This document shows positions 36,276 through 48,930 of a stretch of 64,000 bases of DNA, in pieces; position 1 is the first letter of the stretch, and each line of letters opens with the position of its first letter. The stretch is from Vicugna vicugna. Taxonomy: Eukaryota. The stretch covers positions 1,241,249-1,305,248 of the forward strand of contig MU058241.1 of NCBI GenBank assembly GCA_013265495.1, read 5' to 3'. A program made the position numbers and the translations under genes. Below the pieces are notes generated by a model, which saw only the letters and a program-made list of their open reading frames with translations, did not search any database and was not told the origin of the DNA.

Positions 36276-37219
36276 GGGTTTATTATTCAATAATGAGGAC
36301 TTAGTATGTCATGCCCTAATTTTTTTTCCTGTATGTCTGCCAATTTTCACGACTCCGACCCCCTCTGTTCCCTGAGACAGTCTCCATAATGTTCTGTTTG
36401 TAGTCACTACTCTCTCTGTGCACAGCAGCTGAAACAGGGTGTACACATTCAGTACAAGTCTGTAGAAGGATGGCAGGCATCCACCACATTGCTCCCATGT
36501 CTGCATGATGCAGACATACATTTCCTCTTTGTGAAGTTATAAAACCACCATCTTAACCGGATTTGTGGGTGTCTTTCTTGGCTTTCTTATTATGAAGGTG
36601 ACCATCTCTGCTACTGCCTTTCAGTTCTATGCCTCTAGGAGTCTAAGCAACTTAAAAAATGATTCTGAGAGCACACGAAAAGAAAAGGAGTACTTCTGGA
36701 AATAGAAAATGGTTTTGCCTGTCCAAAGAAGGATCGCTTACTTAGTCCCTATACATCAAGCCATGATCAGAGGAGTAAAAGGGCCCAAGAGAAGAATTTG
36801 TGGTAGTCAAGACATGAAGAATTTAGAAATGACAAGGAATCAATAAACTTCGGTGCTGTGGAGAAAGAAGAGCCGTCAAGATGTGAATAATAATAACTCT
36901 CAGCATTCTTACCACAAAACAATTTCCAAAATGTATCAGACACAGACAGTACTGTGCAAAAACCTGCCTGGATAAGCAAAGGGGAATGAAGATATCATTT
37001 TTGAGAGAGAAAAACAGTTTAGATACCCTTTGCTGTTCTAGAATCTTTCACATCTATGACCCTCTTGTACCTGGGCAGTACTGGAAGGACAGAGAAATGG
37101 CTATCTCCAACTACATGACAATAAAACGCAACATATCCCAGGGAAGCTAATGTGCGTGACAAAAGTTTAACAGCAAATCAGTGGGAAGCTGAGTCCAGAA
37201 TCCATTTCAATATGGTGAG

Positions 37220-37496
37220 TGGAAAGCCATGGGGCTTTGTCAATTTGTAGGAAATGGTATGAACCCAAGTATCAGCCCCATCACATCGCTAAGCACTTCA
37301 CCTTTAGCAAGTTACATCTCTGAGACCAAATCTTTCATCCAGAAAACAGATTTTTTTTTATGGAAAGCCATTTTGTCAATTTGTAGGAAATGGTATGAAC
37401 CCAAGTATCAGCCCCATCACATCGCTAAGCACTTCACCTTTAGCAAGTTACATCTCTGAGACCAAATCTTTCATCCAGAAAACAGATTTTTTTTTA
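37220..37496. repeat. Tandem duplication (141 bp + 136 bp)
   Basis: 37220-37360 is repeated at 37361-37496, identical except that GGGGC (37231-37235) is absent from copy 2. Confidence 0.95.
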
Positions 37497-37532
37497 ACAC
37501 GTGGAGTTTTATCAGAAATAAATGAAATGTTG

Positions 37533-39194
37533 TCCACACAAAAGCTACTAGAGCTGATTGAAGAATTCAGCAAGGTAGCAGGTTACAAAATTAACGTTCA
37601 AAAATCAGTTGCATTTCTTTACAATAACGATAAATCAACAGAAAAAGAAACTAAAGAAACAATCCCCTTTAAAATAGCACCCAAAGTAATAAAATACCTA
37701 GGAATAAATCTAACCAAGGAGGTGAAAGAATTATACACAGAAAACCACAAACCATTGATGAAGGAAATTAAAGAAGACTTTTAAAAAATGGAAAGATATT
37801 CCATGCTCTTGGATTGGAAGAATCAATATTGTTAAAATGGTCACACTGCCCAAGGCAATCTACACATTTAATGCAATCCCTATCCAATTACCCAGGACAT
37901 ATTTCACAGAACTAGAACAAATCATAATAAATTTGTATGGAACCATCAAAGACCTAGAATTGCCAAAGCATTACTGAAGAGAAAGAAAGAGGCTGGAGGA
38001 ATAACTCTCCCAGACTTCAGACAATACTATAGAGCTACAGTCATCAAGACAGCATGGTATTGGTACCAAAACAGACATATAGACCAATGGAACAGAACAG
38101 AGAGCCCAGAAATGAACCCACAAACTTTTGGTCAACTCATCTTCGACAAAGGAGGCAAGAATATACAATGGAATAAAGACAGTCTCTTCAGCAAATGGTG
38201 TTGGGAAAACTGGACAGCAGCATGTAAAACAATGAAGCTAGAACACACCCTTACACCATATACAAAAATCAACTCAAAATGGATCAAAGACTTCAACATA
38301 AGACAAGATACAATAAACCTCCTAGAGGAAAACATAGGCAAAACATTATCTGACATACATTTCAAAAATTTTCTCCTAGAAGAAATAAAAGCAAGAATAA
38401 ACAAATGGGACCTAATGAAACTTACAAGCTTCTGCAGAGCAAAGGAAACCAGAAATAAAACAAGAAGAAAACCTACGGAATGGGAGAAAATTTTTGCAAG
38501 TGAAACCGACAAAGGCTTGATCTCCAAAATATATAAGCAGCTCATACGACTCAATAAGAAAAAAATAAACAACCCAATCCAAAAATGGGCAGAAGACCTA
38601 AACAAGCAATTCTCCAAGGAAGACATACAAATGATCAAAAAGCACATGAAAAAATGCTCAATATCACTAATTATCAGAGAAATGCAAATCAAAACTACAA
38701 TGAGGTATCACCTCACACCAGTCAGAATGGCCGTCATTCAAAAATCCAAAAATGACAAATGCTGGAGAGGCTGTGGAGAAAGGGGAACCCTCCTACACTG
38801 CTGGTGGGAATGCAGTTTGGTGCAGCCACTATGGAAAACAGTGTGGAGATTCCTCAAAAGACTAGGAATAGACTTACCATATGACCCAGGAATCCCACTC
38901 CTGGGCTTGTATCCAGAAGGAAATCTACTTCAGGATGACACCTGCACCCCAATGTTCATAGCAGCACTATTTACAATAGCCAAAACATGGAAACAGCCTA
39001 AATGTCCATCAACAGGTGACTGGATAAAGAAGAGGTGGTATATTTATACAATGGAATACTACTCAGCCATAAAAACCGACAACATAATGCCATTTGCAGC
39101 AACATGGATGCTCCTAGAGAATGTCATTCTAAGTGAAGTAAGCCAGAAAGAGAAAGAAAAATACCATATGAGATCGCTCATATGTGGAATCTAA
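37533..39194 (+). pseudogene. Truncated L1 ORF2 (end of RT domain to C-terminal cysteine-rich motif); includes the 360-aa ORF 38112-39194
   Basis: No substitution-derived stop codons; +1 T at ~37779-37782 and -1 A at ~37929. Lacks the endonuclease and the catalytic RT core. Confidence 0.9.
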
Positions 39195-39519
39195 AAAACA
39201 AAAACAAACAAACAAACAAAAACAAAGCATAAATACAGGACAGAAATAGACTCATGGACAGAGAATACAGACTTGTGGTTACCAGGGGGGTAGAGGGTGG
39301 GAAGGGATAGACTGGGATTTCAAAATTGTAGAATAGATAAACAAGATTACACTGTATAGCACAGGGAAATATACACAAAATGTTATGATAAATCACAGAG
39401 AAAAAAATGTGACAATGAGTGTGTATATGTCCATGAATGACTGAAAAATTGTGCTGAACACTGGAATTTGACACAACATTGTAAAATGATTATAAATCAA
39501 TAAAAAATGTTAAAAAAAT
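37533..39519 (+). mobile_element. Young 5'-truncated LINE-1 (ORF2 C-terminal ~550 codons plus 3'UTR)
   Basis: ORF2 motifs [26 protein letters not shown] and [19 protein letters not shown]-rich tail; perfect 17-bp TSD AAATAAATGAAATGTTG at 37516-37532 and 39520-39536. Confidence 0.97.
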
Positions 39520-39599
39520 AAATAAATGAAATGTTGAAGATTTATGGCTATGTCCACCTTCAAGACTCTCACATGTAATACAGCAGAGGAAGTATTTGC

Positions 39600-39830
39600 A
39601 CAAAGGTCAGCACACCATGTCTGAGAGCCAAATTAAGCACACCACCCACCTGTTTTAACAAAACATGGGTATGTTTATGAATAGCATTTAATTGGGACGC
39701 AGCCACGCCCATTGGTTTATGGACCGTCTATAGAGCTTTCAAGACCCAACAGCACAGATGAGTAGTTGCACCAGCAGAGACTGTATGACCCAAAGAACCA
39801 CCCTAAGATATTTCAAACTTCTGAGGCAAA
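39600..39830. mobile_element. MER58A-like hAT fossil
   Basis: CAGCCACGCCCATTGGTTTA...GAGTAGTTGCA..AGAGACTGTATGACCCA. Confidence 0.7.
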
Positions 39831-41612
39831 CCCAGAAACTCTTGAGTTCAGTCAGACGTCAGCAAACTACTCGCAGGCGGGTTGTTCCAAGTTTCAATGC
39901 TCAACTGCTGTGTTACCTTCCTTTCCATGGTGCCACAGCTTTGCAGAGCTGGGTGTGGGGCTCCTGCTGTGTGAAAACTCAAAGTGCAACAGGAAATGAG
40001 GGTGGGTGAATGCAATCTCATTTCAGGTCTGGCGAAGTCATGCAGTGCCCTACCCATCCTACTGGTAAGTAGTCGTGGTCAGTTAAGAATGAAATAAAAA
40101 CATACTTGTTTTCAATTTTCTATATGTTACTTTTTCCATGTTGACTGAAGTGCTGGTGTATAAATGCTTCTCACGTTGTTTGGACCCAAACAGTAGGACC
40201 TTCCTTTCATGCCAGAGGGATGGTGAAGAAACCGCTGAGACCCTAAGGACTCCAGGAAGACTGGGAACACCCAGCCCAGCCTGGACCATCACAAGGTCGG
40301 TGAGCTAACCCTGACTGCCCTGTCTTGACTTCTGCATTCAGCATAAATCTTGTTTGATTTCCACTGCCCAAGATAACAGTCCTTGATGACTCCATGGACT
40401 GTTTTTTTAAAAGTTGCCTTTCTGAAAGCGCCATCTTGATCTGGACAAACTATTGCAGTGAATGCATCCCAGCCACTGTGCGCACTAGCAAGGACGACCC
40501 GAGAGGGACGCAATCCCCCTCCAGCACTAGCTTCAGCCTCCGGGATTCGCTCTCCAAGACTCCGCCAGGGGCTCACAGATGTCAAATCTGACCTCATTTG
40601 AGTTCTCCAGCAAAAGCTGCATCTCTGCATGGCTTTTCGTCTCTTCCCATCAGCTCCCATCAGCTCTTCCCATCAGTCCCTAGGAGAAGCTGGAGGTTGG
40701 GAATGTTTTCCCCACTGAAGTCACCGCTGCTACTTTGAAGCCTGAGCTGCTGGGACAGGAAATAATCTGCAGTGGGTAAAATGCAGGGTGAGCCACCCCG
40801 GGAAACGTATTTGGGACAACAGGCACTCATCTTTTATTCCAAACAAACGGATGTTTTCACTGTTCTCCTCCCCTGTTGATTATCGTTTTAATCTCTTCAT
40901 TTCTCATTTTCTACACTATTATTATTAGGCTGGTCTACAGACTCTTTACTGACGATACCTGACAAATAATCAGACACTAATTACTGTGACAGTCCACTGG
41001 CAAGATAATAAAGGTGATTTTGATTCAGAATGCATGTTGGTGGTTCAGTGACTCTGGCCCATTTACAGTTCCCAACTTCCCTATTTCAGAGATGAGAATA
41101 ATGCTAATAATTTAACTGACAAAAAAAATCCTGCACTGATATGGACTTCTCTGTTTTTATACTTCTAGGGAGAAGGATGCTCCATCTTGAGTTTGGGTGG
41201 TCCTAAAAATAGAACCTCACCCAAGGCTATGCATGTTTTAAAAATAAATTACTCCTCCAAATTAGGTGGGGAGACAAGGTTGTGTCTTCAGAAGGGAACA
41301 GCAGAGCCTTCATTGAATAGGGAACCATTTGCAGGCTCTAGCTTTTAGCTGACACTACTTCAAGTCTCTGGGTTGTGATCGAAATGCACAGTCCACTCCT
41401 GTCCCTACTGTGACTTCAACCACAACAGCGCCCAAGACAAAATTCTGGAAGATTGCCAAGCTCCATCCTGAGGGTAAACTGAGAGTTTCCCTGAATTCTG
41501 CATGCTCCTCCATGTCTGGCCTTGGGATCCAAGTCTCAAAGCCAGACTTCTTATTCCAGAGCCCAGCTGAGCACCCTCTGGTGCCCTTGTCCTCATAGGT
41601 GGTCCCTGTCTG

Positions 41613-41822
41613 TTTCTCTGGGTGGGTGGCCAGGTTGAGTGACCTCCCCCAGGTCCAGTCTCCTTTCTCTGGGTGGGTGACCATGTTGAGTGAACTCCCC
41701 CAGGTCCAGTCTCCTTTCTCTGGGTGGGTGACCAGGTTGAGTGACCTCCCCCAGGTCCAGTCTCCTTTCTCTAGGTGGGTGACCAGGTTGAGTGACCTTC
41801 CCCAGGTCCAATTTCCTTTCTC
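41613..41822. repeat. Minisatellite, 51-bp unit, about 4.1 copies
   Basis: Unit TTTCTCTGGGTGGGTGACCAGGTTGAGTGACCTCCCCCAGGTCCAGTCTCC starts at 41613, 41664, 41715 and 41766. Confidence 0.95.
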
Positions 41823-41849
41823 CTTCGACATGGCATCCTCTCAGAGGTT

Positions 41850-42330
41850 CCTACTCACATTGCCCTGAGATCAGTATAATTTGGGAGGATGATGACCTGG
41901 TCGTTGAGACCTCTGATCAGTGAGACGCTTCTCAATAGGCTTAACCAATGATCATCACCTGCTCCTCGGTGCCCTGGGCTCACCATCTGCCCACCACTTG
42001 GGTCACCATTAATGCTCTGGGTTGGACATCTTTAAAGACCCTTGCTCAGTTCTATCCAATTCGTGCTGCCCTATCACTGTGGACTAGTTTTCATATGAAC
42101 TTATCTAGGTACCCTGAAGACTCCAGTATTAATGGAACTGCCTCAGTCCTTACACCCAACTTGGACGTGGGACATGTCCCAGCCTCTCAAGCAACGTTTG
42201 GACACTACATGGGCAGCTGACCATTGCTTAGCTCCGATGACTGTACTGTAAAATTCAGTGACATCTAAGTTCTCACACCTGCCTTTTAATCCAACAGGGT
42301 CTGAATTATGAGGACAGACTTTTTCGATCG
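41850..42330 (-). mobile_element. Possible CR1/L3 LINE reverse-transcriptase fossil
   Basis: Minus-strand ATTAAAAGGCAGGTGTGAGAACTTAG and CCCAGAGCATTAATGG...GCCCAGGG loosely follow the recalled L3 RT region; highly degraded. Confidence 0.3.
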
Positions 42331-43115
42331 ATATAAATGGACAGTCAGCAAAATGATGTCAGTGTTGAAAAAAACTTCACCATCTGATAAGGCCACTGGA
42401 GGGTGAATTTTCTGGAATGTTTCATACTGTGAGTCTAATCAGTAAATCATACAATTCTGTGAGACGTAACTGAGGAACTCCCAATGCTGACCGTTTCGCA
42501 CCTACTGGAGCACTTAATTTGCACCTACCTTCAGATCACAGGGGAAAGAAAGGGGTCATTACCACCTCGACCCCAAGTAGAACTTGAATTAAAATACTGA
42601 GCATGTTTTAGCTTTCCTGTGAGTTTTACATTTAGACAGACACAGCTTGAGGCTCCTTCTAATAGCAGAAGCGATAGGTTTTAGTGAAGAAAGATAAGCT
42701 TTCCCCATTCTCTGTTATTCTGGATTTGTGTTCTAACAAAATAGGATTGTACACATTTGATTAAGTTAAACTGAAAAGTGTTTTATGGTAATTGCCTCAG
42801 AATGAATGTAGATAAATAAAAAAAAAAAGGAACACTATCCCCAACTAAATGGGATGTTAAACATGGGCTTTTTGGTCTTAAGTAAATCAGGTATTTATCT
42901 GCTGCCAACAGCAAAATTAAAAAAAAAAAAAAAGGCTCATTTACTCTTTACTCTTTGTCCCCAGTCCAGGGATGGAGAAAAGCTGACCTCACATCGTATG
43001 TTTGTAAGACAGCTTGTGAATATGTTAGTGCTTGTGTTTTTATATAGGACTTAAATGTACAACTTAAAATTAAATATTATAAAGAACAAACTGTCATCCA
43101 ATAAATATTCATCCA

Positions 43116-43343
43116 GGTCAGTTATCTTCAAAAGGGAAGCAGTCTTCCCGCCAGCAGCCTTGTGGAAACACCTGGAGCTACACTGACTGTCACTGCCGAG
43201 GGGAAGGAGGCTACTGGCAGCTACTGTGAAAAGACCAAGGACACTGCTCAACACTCTACAATGCATAGTACTGCCCCTCTTAACCCTACAAGAGATAATT
43301 ATCGATCCTCAAATATCCACAGTGTGAGGTTCGAGAAACCTAG
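43116..43343. mobile_element. MER20
   Basis: GCTACTGGCA...CCAAGGACACTGCTCAACA..CTACAATGCA...AATTATC...GAGGTTCGAGAAACC. Confidence 0.75.
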
Positions 43344-43433
43344 GTCAAAATAAACGTAGGTATTTTCAAGTGTTAGGAATTCACTATGAGCCAGGCACAA
43401 CACTTACAATCTTTGTTTAAACTGCCTCATTTA

Positions 43434-44379
43434 TGGGAGAAAATATTTCCAAACGATGTGACTCTCAAGGGCTTAATCTCCAGAGTTTATGAACAGCTCA
43501 TACAACTTAATAACAAAAAAACAAACAGCCTAATAAAAAAAATGGGCAGAAGACCTAAACAGACAATTTTCCAAAGAAGGCATACAGATGGCCAACAGGC
43601 ACATGAAAAGATGTTCAATATCACTAATTATCAGAGGAATGCAAATCAAAACTACAATGAGATTATCACCTCACACTGGACCTAATGGCCATCACTAAAA
43701 AGTCCACAAATGATAACTGCTGGAAAGAGTGTGGAGAAAAGGGAACCCTCCTACACTGCTGGTCTGAACATAATTTAATGAGCCATTACAGAAAACAGTA
43801 TAGATTCTTAAAAAAACTAAAATTAGACTTACCATATGACCCAGCAATCCCACTCTTGGGCATATGTCCAGAGAAAACTGGAAAAGATTCATGCACCCCA
43901 GTGTTCATAGCAGCGCTATTTACAATACCCAAATCATGGAAGCTAAATGTCAACTGACAGATGACTGGATAAAGAAGCTGTGGTGCATTTACACAATGGA
44001 ATACTACTCAGCCATAAAAAAGAATGAAACAATGCCATTTGCAGCAACATGGATGGAACTAGAGATGATGATACTAAGTGAAGTAAGTCAGAAAGATAAA
44101 GACAAGTACCATATGATATAACTTATATGTGGAATCTTAAAAAAAATGACACACCAAATTTATTTACAAAACAGAAAGAGACTCAGACATAGAGAACAAA
44201 CTTATGGTTACTATACTGTATAGCACAGGGAACTACATATATTTAATATGTTACAGTAACATAATAAAAAAGAATATATAGATACATACGTGTGTGTGGG
44301 TGCATGTTTAACTGAATCACTGTACTGTACACCAGAGACTAATACAACAGTGTAAATCAACTATACTACAATTTTTTGA
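43434..44379 (+). mobile_element. 5'-truncated L1 (frameshifted ORF2 C-terminus plus 3'UTR with internal deletion), inserted in a MIR
   Basis: Translations [31 protein letters not shown] and [31 protein letters not shown] / AAATTGTCTCATTTA (43419-43433, 44380-44394). Confidence 0.92.
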
Positions 44380-44788
44380 AAATTGTCTCATTTAATGCTC
44401 ATAGCTTTTTAAGGAGGTTCTGCCCATTTTTTCTGTAAGATGAGAAAATGGAGAATGAAAAGTTTAGACACTTATTTACCTCAATTAGAAAGAGGGAGAG
44501 CCAGGATTCCAGGCAAGATCTATCTGGTTCCCACGGCATCACATGTAACCTCAACACAAGCTCTTCATTCCTTTTGCAGAAACTACCTAGTTTCAGATTA
44601 GCAAAACATCTTCGGAGTAGGCGCAATGACTCTCATCTGATAACTGAAGAGATTAATTGAGAAGGTTCATCACTGTCCAGGATCGTGCCTGATAAATTCT
44701 GGAGTCAGCATGCAAGATCATTCCTCTGACTCCGAATCTAAGACTCTCAGGCGCATCATGTCACGTCCACACTGGCTGGATAACTCAC

Positions 44789-44965
44789 TGCAGTATCAGA
44801 ACACTGCCTCCCCCACAATTATGTCCACACCCTAATCCAAGGACCTATGAATATGCTGCATTGTCTGGCAAAGAAGAATTAAAGTAGCACGTGGAATTAC
44901 GGCTGATAACCGGGTGATGCTGAGACAGATTACCATGAATTATCCGGGGGCAAGTGAAATCAACT
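44789..44965 (+). mobile_element. MLT1D-like LTR, 5' fragment
   Basis: ATGTCCACACCCTAATCC..GACCTATGAATATG...GCACGTGGAATTA..GATTA...GAATTATCCGGG. Confidence 0.6.
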
Positions 44966-44999
44966 GGTACTGAAAGCCCTCACCAGGGCCAACTGTGAC

Positions 45000-45515
45000 A
45001 CACTCTTCATGCCTGTTGTCATGGGAGCATCACGGTCCACCTATCACTACAGAAAACAAAAGGCCACGTGTGTGTTCTTGCAGCCTCTCAGAGAGCTGGG
45101 CAGCATCTCTGACCAGACATCACTCACGAGGATGTTGAGACTGCCCACAGTGATGCAGAAAATCAGGCACGTAGGGGATTCCCGCTAGCCATGCAACATG
45201 TGGCCGCAGCAGCTTTTACAGGGGCCAGTGGACCCTGGGTCCGTGCTTCTTGGATAAAAGTACAGCTACGTTATCAGCCACCTGTGCTGAGGACAGAGGC
45301 GTCCTCATCAGACTCTAGTGTGGTTTTCTCAGTGGCCACACCTGCTGGATCTCTCTGCCAAGGATTCCCATAAGTCCCACCCATGTTCTAAGCATGTATC
45401 TCTGGCTTTCTAGGTGATCATGCAAGAGGCTCAGTACAACTTCAACAAACTCCTCTACCGCACCATTAGCCTGCATCAGCTCCTGCTCCTGGCAGCTATG
45501 AACCCCGAGCCATAG
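45000..45515 (+). mobile_element. Possible old ERVL LTR (LTR33-like)
   Basis: The 3' end TTCAACAAACTCC...TTAGCC...GCAGCTATGAACCC resembles old ERVL LTR termini. Confidence 0.35.
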
Positions 45516-45954
45516 GAAGTGGACAACACCGGGCGCGTTCGCTCACCTGGGACACTAGTCAGCTGGTGGGAGATGCCAGGACAACGTGGGGTCGCGGCAG
45601 CTCTATGTGGACACTGAGAATGGAGGGGCAGAGGATGTCCACAAAAAGAGCAAAGTGAAGAGAGAAGGAAAGATAAAGCTTCGTGGGTCCCTTAAAGCAA
45701 GCCAGGGTGATGGACAAAATCACCTGCTCTGCTCATCCACGAGAGCATCCAGGTTCCAGGTTTCCTCTTCCCAAGTGCCAAGGGTTAAACATATATAATG
45801 AGATTCTCGTAGAAGAAAAGGCATTTCAAGAAGGCCAGAGAACGCACAGATCACAAAAGTCACTTAAACTGGTAAGTTACAGGAAGTGAGAAGCAAGTGC
45901 CGGGAGAATCCGGTTAAATACCAGGAATGCTTTCATCAACAACCAGTTCCAACC

Positions 45955-46125
45955 GTATGGCAACAGGGAACCATACTTAATATCTTGTACTAACCCATAA
46001 TGAGAAAGGATCTGAAAAAAAGAATCCATATATATACACACACACATATATATAAAACTGAATCACCATGCTGTACACCAGAAAATAACACATTGTAAAT
46101 CCACTACAGTTCAGTAAAATTTTTT
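45955..46125 (+). mobile_element. Short L1 3' end
   Basis: ACAGGGAACCATACTTAATATCTTGTA...AACTGAATCAC..GCTGTACACCAGAAA. Confidence 0.85.
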
Positions 46126-46328
46126 TAAATATTAGAAATACTTAAATAGGTCCACCTTCGCTGTCTTATTTCTGCTATAATGGGCAACTATAATTACAAG
46201 TCGTGATTTTCTAGAAAGAAATGGTGAGTTCTATCCTTTTGTAAATGTCTGAAGTTAGAAGTACTGGTCTACTAAAAGGGAACTGAAGGTAGTTTATAGT
46301 TTCGTTTTCTTGCCACTAAGTTGTCTCA

Positions 46329-46545
46329 TCAGGCGTTTTCCCAAGCCTGGCATGAGTGGTATTTTGTCAAGTGGGTAATCCTTGGGGGGTGTCCTGTGTG
46401 CTGTGTGATGTATGGCCACATCCCTGTCCTCTACCCACTCGATGCTGGTAGGACCCTTCTCCAGCTCGGACAACGGCAGAATACCTCCTTACATCACCAC
46501 ACATCCCCTGGAGGGGGATACCTTCCAGCTGAGAAGCAATGCTCT
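46329..46545. mobile_element. MER20
   Basis: GGGGGGTGTCCTGTGTG...CATCCCTGTCCTCTACCCACTCGATGC. Confidence 0.75.
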
Positions 46546-48229
46546 AATGTCTACTTGACACTTGACAGTCTATGACTAATGCTTGGCAGTCCTTAAAGAT
46601 GACTCTCACGACTGCCCCTTTATGTCTGATTCCAGTGTCTAACCATGAACGTTGTTTTCATGAACCACTGGTAGCTCAAACACCTAAAAGGATTCTGTTA
46701 AAATACAGTAAGATCTGTTGGCTGGACATCCATTTGAGTAACTCTAATTAGTTCCAGCCGTGGAGTCACAAAATCATCTCATTCCACATTATTTCCTTAC
46801 TCTTCCATGCCAACAAAGAACTGACAGGGCTCATCAAGGGTGGAAAGTCACCATCCAGGGCCAATTCTGATATCAGGCCAAGCTCAGAGGAAATATGATG
46901 TGGCTGAAGAGACAGCCTAAGCCATGCAGGAAGCTGGTGGGTCTCAGTTTTGTGGGAAAGGACAGGACAAAGTGGGTATTACCGGTACCCACGGGATCCT
47001 CGCAATGGCTAGCCATGCATCCCCTGGGAGCATACACGGTTTAGGTATCGGAGCCTCAGGATCTCCTCATCAATTCTGTTCCCCTTCTCTGTGGTCCTTC
47101 CTTATTCCCCAGATGTCCAGTCTATGCATCCGAGGTTCTCCTGCCACGTATCCCGAAAGAGGAGCCTGCTGGCCCAGCCCCGCTAAAGCTCAGTGTGACC
47201 CAGATGAGCAGTGAGGGGGAGCGATCCCTCACCCTCAGTCTAACTGGCCAAAAAGACACTTAGCTGGCACCACCCTGTGTTCAAATGGTAAACCCACAAG
47301 TTTCAGACGCGTCTTTCTCTCTGGTGGGCTGGTTCTATTTCAGAGAGACGTCCACGCGTTTCAGAAGAGGAATCGATGTAAACCAGCAGCACGGCCACGC
47401 AAATGAGAAAACAGTTACACCCGTGGTGTTCTCCTAAGCACTGTATTTCACCAGGCAATTCCACACGTCAGGCTTATTTCTGTAACCTACTTCCCAGCTT
47501 CTTCTTGAATCTGAAATTTATAGGATCATCTGGAGTTTTAGGATTTGAAAAATAGCAGCAGTAATCTTTTCATTTTCTCTAGGCTTTCTTATTTTGAACT
47601 GCCTCAAAAAATAAATATGTTTTATGGCCCTGAACTTCAAGTAGGTTTTAAAAGTCATTTAAGGCTGTACTTCAGTTATGTTTGGGATCACATGGTGATG
47701 AACGGCCCACTTTGTCTATCCCCGCGGGATAACCCACTGCTTTATGAGGTTGGAGTGTGGCCACTGCCCGAGAAGAAAAACAACGTGAAGAATCGTGACC
47801 AGCAGAAAAAGCACCCAGTCATGGCTCTCGGATGCTCTGCTGGGAGATGGACCATATTGATGGGTCTCAGGACAAGGTCAGTGGACAAAGTAAGCATTGC
47901 CACCTTCGAAGGAATAAGAAGGAGAATAGATGTAAATGAATGGAAACACCCTGCTCATCGAGCATTCATGGCACGTAACTCAAGCAAAGTCAAGGTGGCG
48001 CATAATTGAGCAGGACAACAGTTTCAGACATACCCATTTTAAATCAGTTTGACACACAGTATGACACGAATGCCTGTGTCTTCCCTCCTCCGTGGCACTG
48101 ACAACCGGTTCACAATGTGATGAAACAGGAAGAATTTACAATACTGAACCCTGTGACCTCCGTGAGCTCACTCTCTAATCTTTGATTCTGGCCCTGACCC
48201 AAATCCCTTGTGATCCAAAACCTTTTCCT

Positions 48230-48930
48230 TAGCTATCTGCTGGATTCTTACACCGGAATGTCTTGCTATTCTCGACAGCTCAGTGTTTGAACACTGAACT
48301 GTGCTCTTTCCCCCCAAAACTGCCTCTGGCTCTGACGTCTTAATTCTTTTATTGACATCATGAATTTCCAAGGTCTGAAAGTAAGAAACTAAAAGACCCT
48401 TCCTCTGTTCTCCCACAGGTGACATGTAACGACAGTGCATTGATTTTTTTCATCGTTTCTCAGGCTTCCCTCCTGTTAAGCACCATCCTACCAACACCCA
48501 CCAACCCACAGACACTGCTGTCCGTCAGTCACGCTACCGTGAGGGGCTCCTCACTTTTCCCCTGGCCAGTCTGCTCCCCACTAGTTTCAAAAGAAATTCT
48601 TCTTTTGACCCGTTATCTCCATAACACTGCCACTAGAGTCCCGGCCTTGAAAAGATCTGTAACACTGATTAGCAAGACAGTAAGAGACTTTGATCATCTG
48701 GACTCAGCCTGTATTTCCAGTCTCTCTCTTCATCTAACTCAAAATTAACCTTTATTATACTATTGCGATTTAAAATCACTCCTGGTTATGACCAAAAAAC
48801 TCTCAGTCTCCATGGATTCTCCACCTAGAATATTCCATGACCTTGGATTGCTTGCTTATCAGGAGCAAAGAACGGGGTCTAGCACTCGAGTGCCCACATC
48901 CGCTAAGCACCTGTATGGTACTGTGTAAAC
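48230..48930 (+). mobile_element. L2 fossil
   Basis: AACACTGAACT..CCCCCAAAACTG...CTCCATAACACTGCCA...TGCCCACATCCGCTAAGCAC; degraded. Confidence 0.4.

Noticed and set aside
36742..36855. Minus-strand segment with a good acceptor (CTCTTCTTTCTCCACAG) and a GTAAGC donor
   Set aside because: Stops occur in all three frames; a non-coding exon cannot be supported without transcript data.
38132..38692. 186-aa antisense ORF
   Set aside because: It is the antisense frame of the L1 ORF2 fragment.
40641..40676. Three short CCCATCAG repeats
   Set aside because: An ordinary slippage micro-duplication.
41613..41822. CRISPR-like appearance of the tandem arrays (also 30150-30294)
   Set aside because: The units are contiguous with no unique spacers, there are no cas genes, and the context is eukaryotic.
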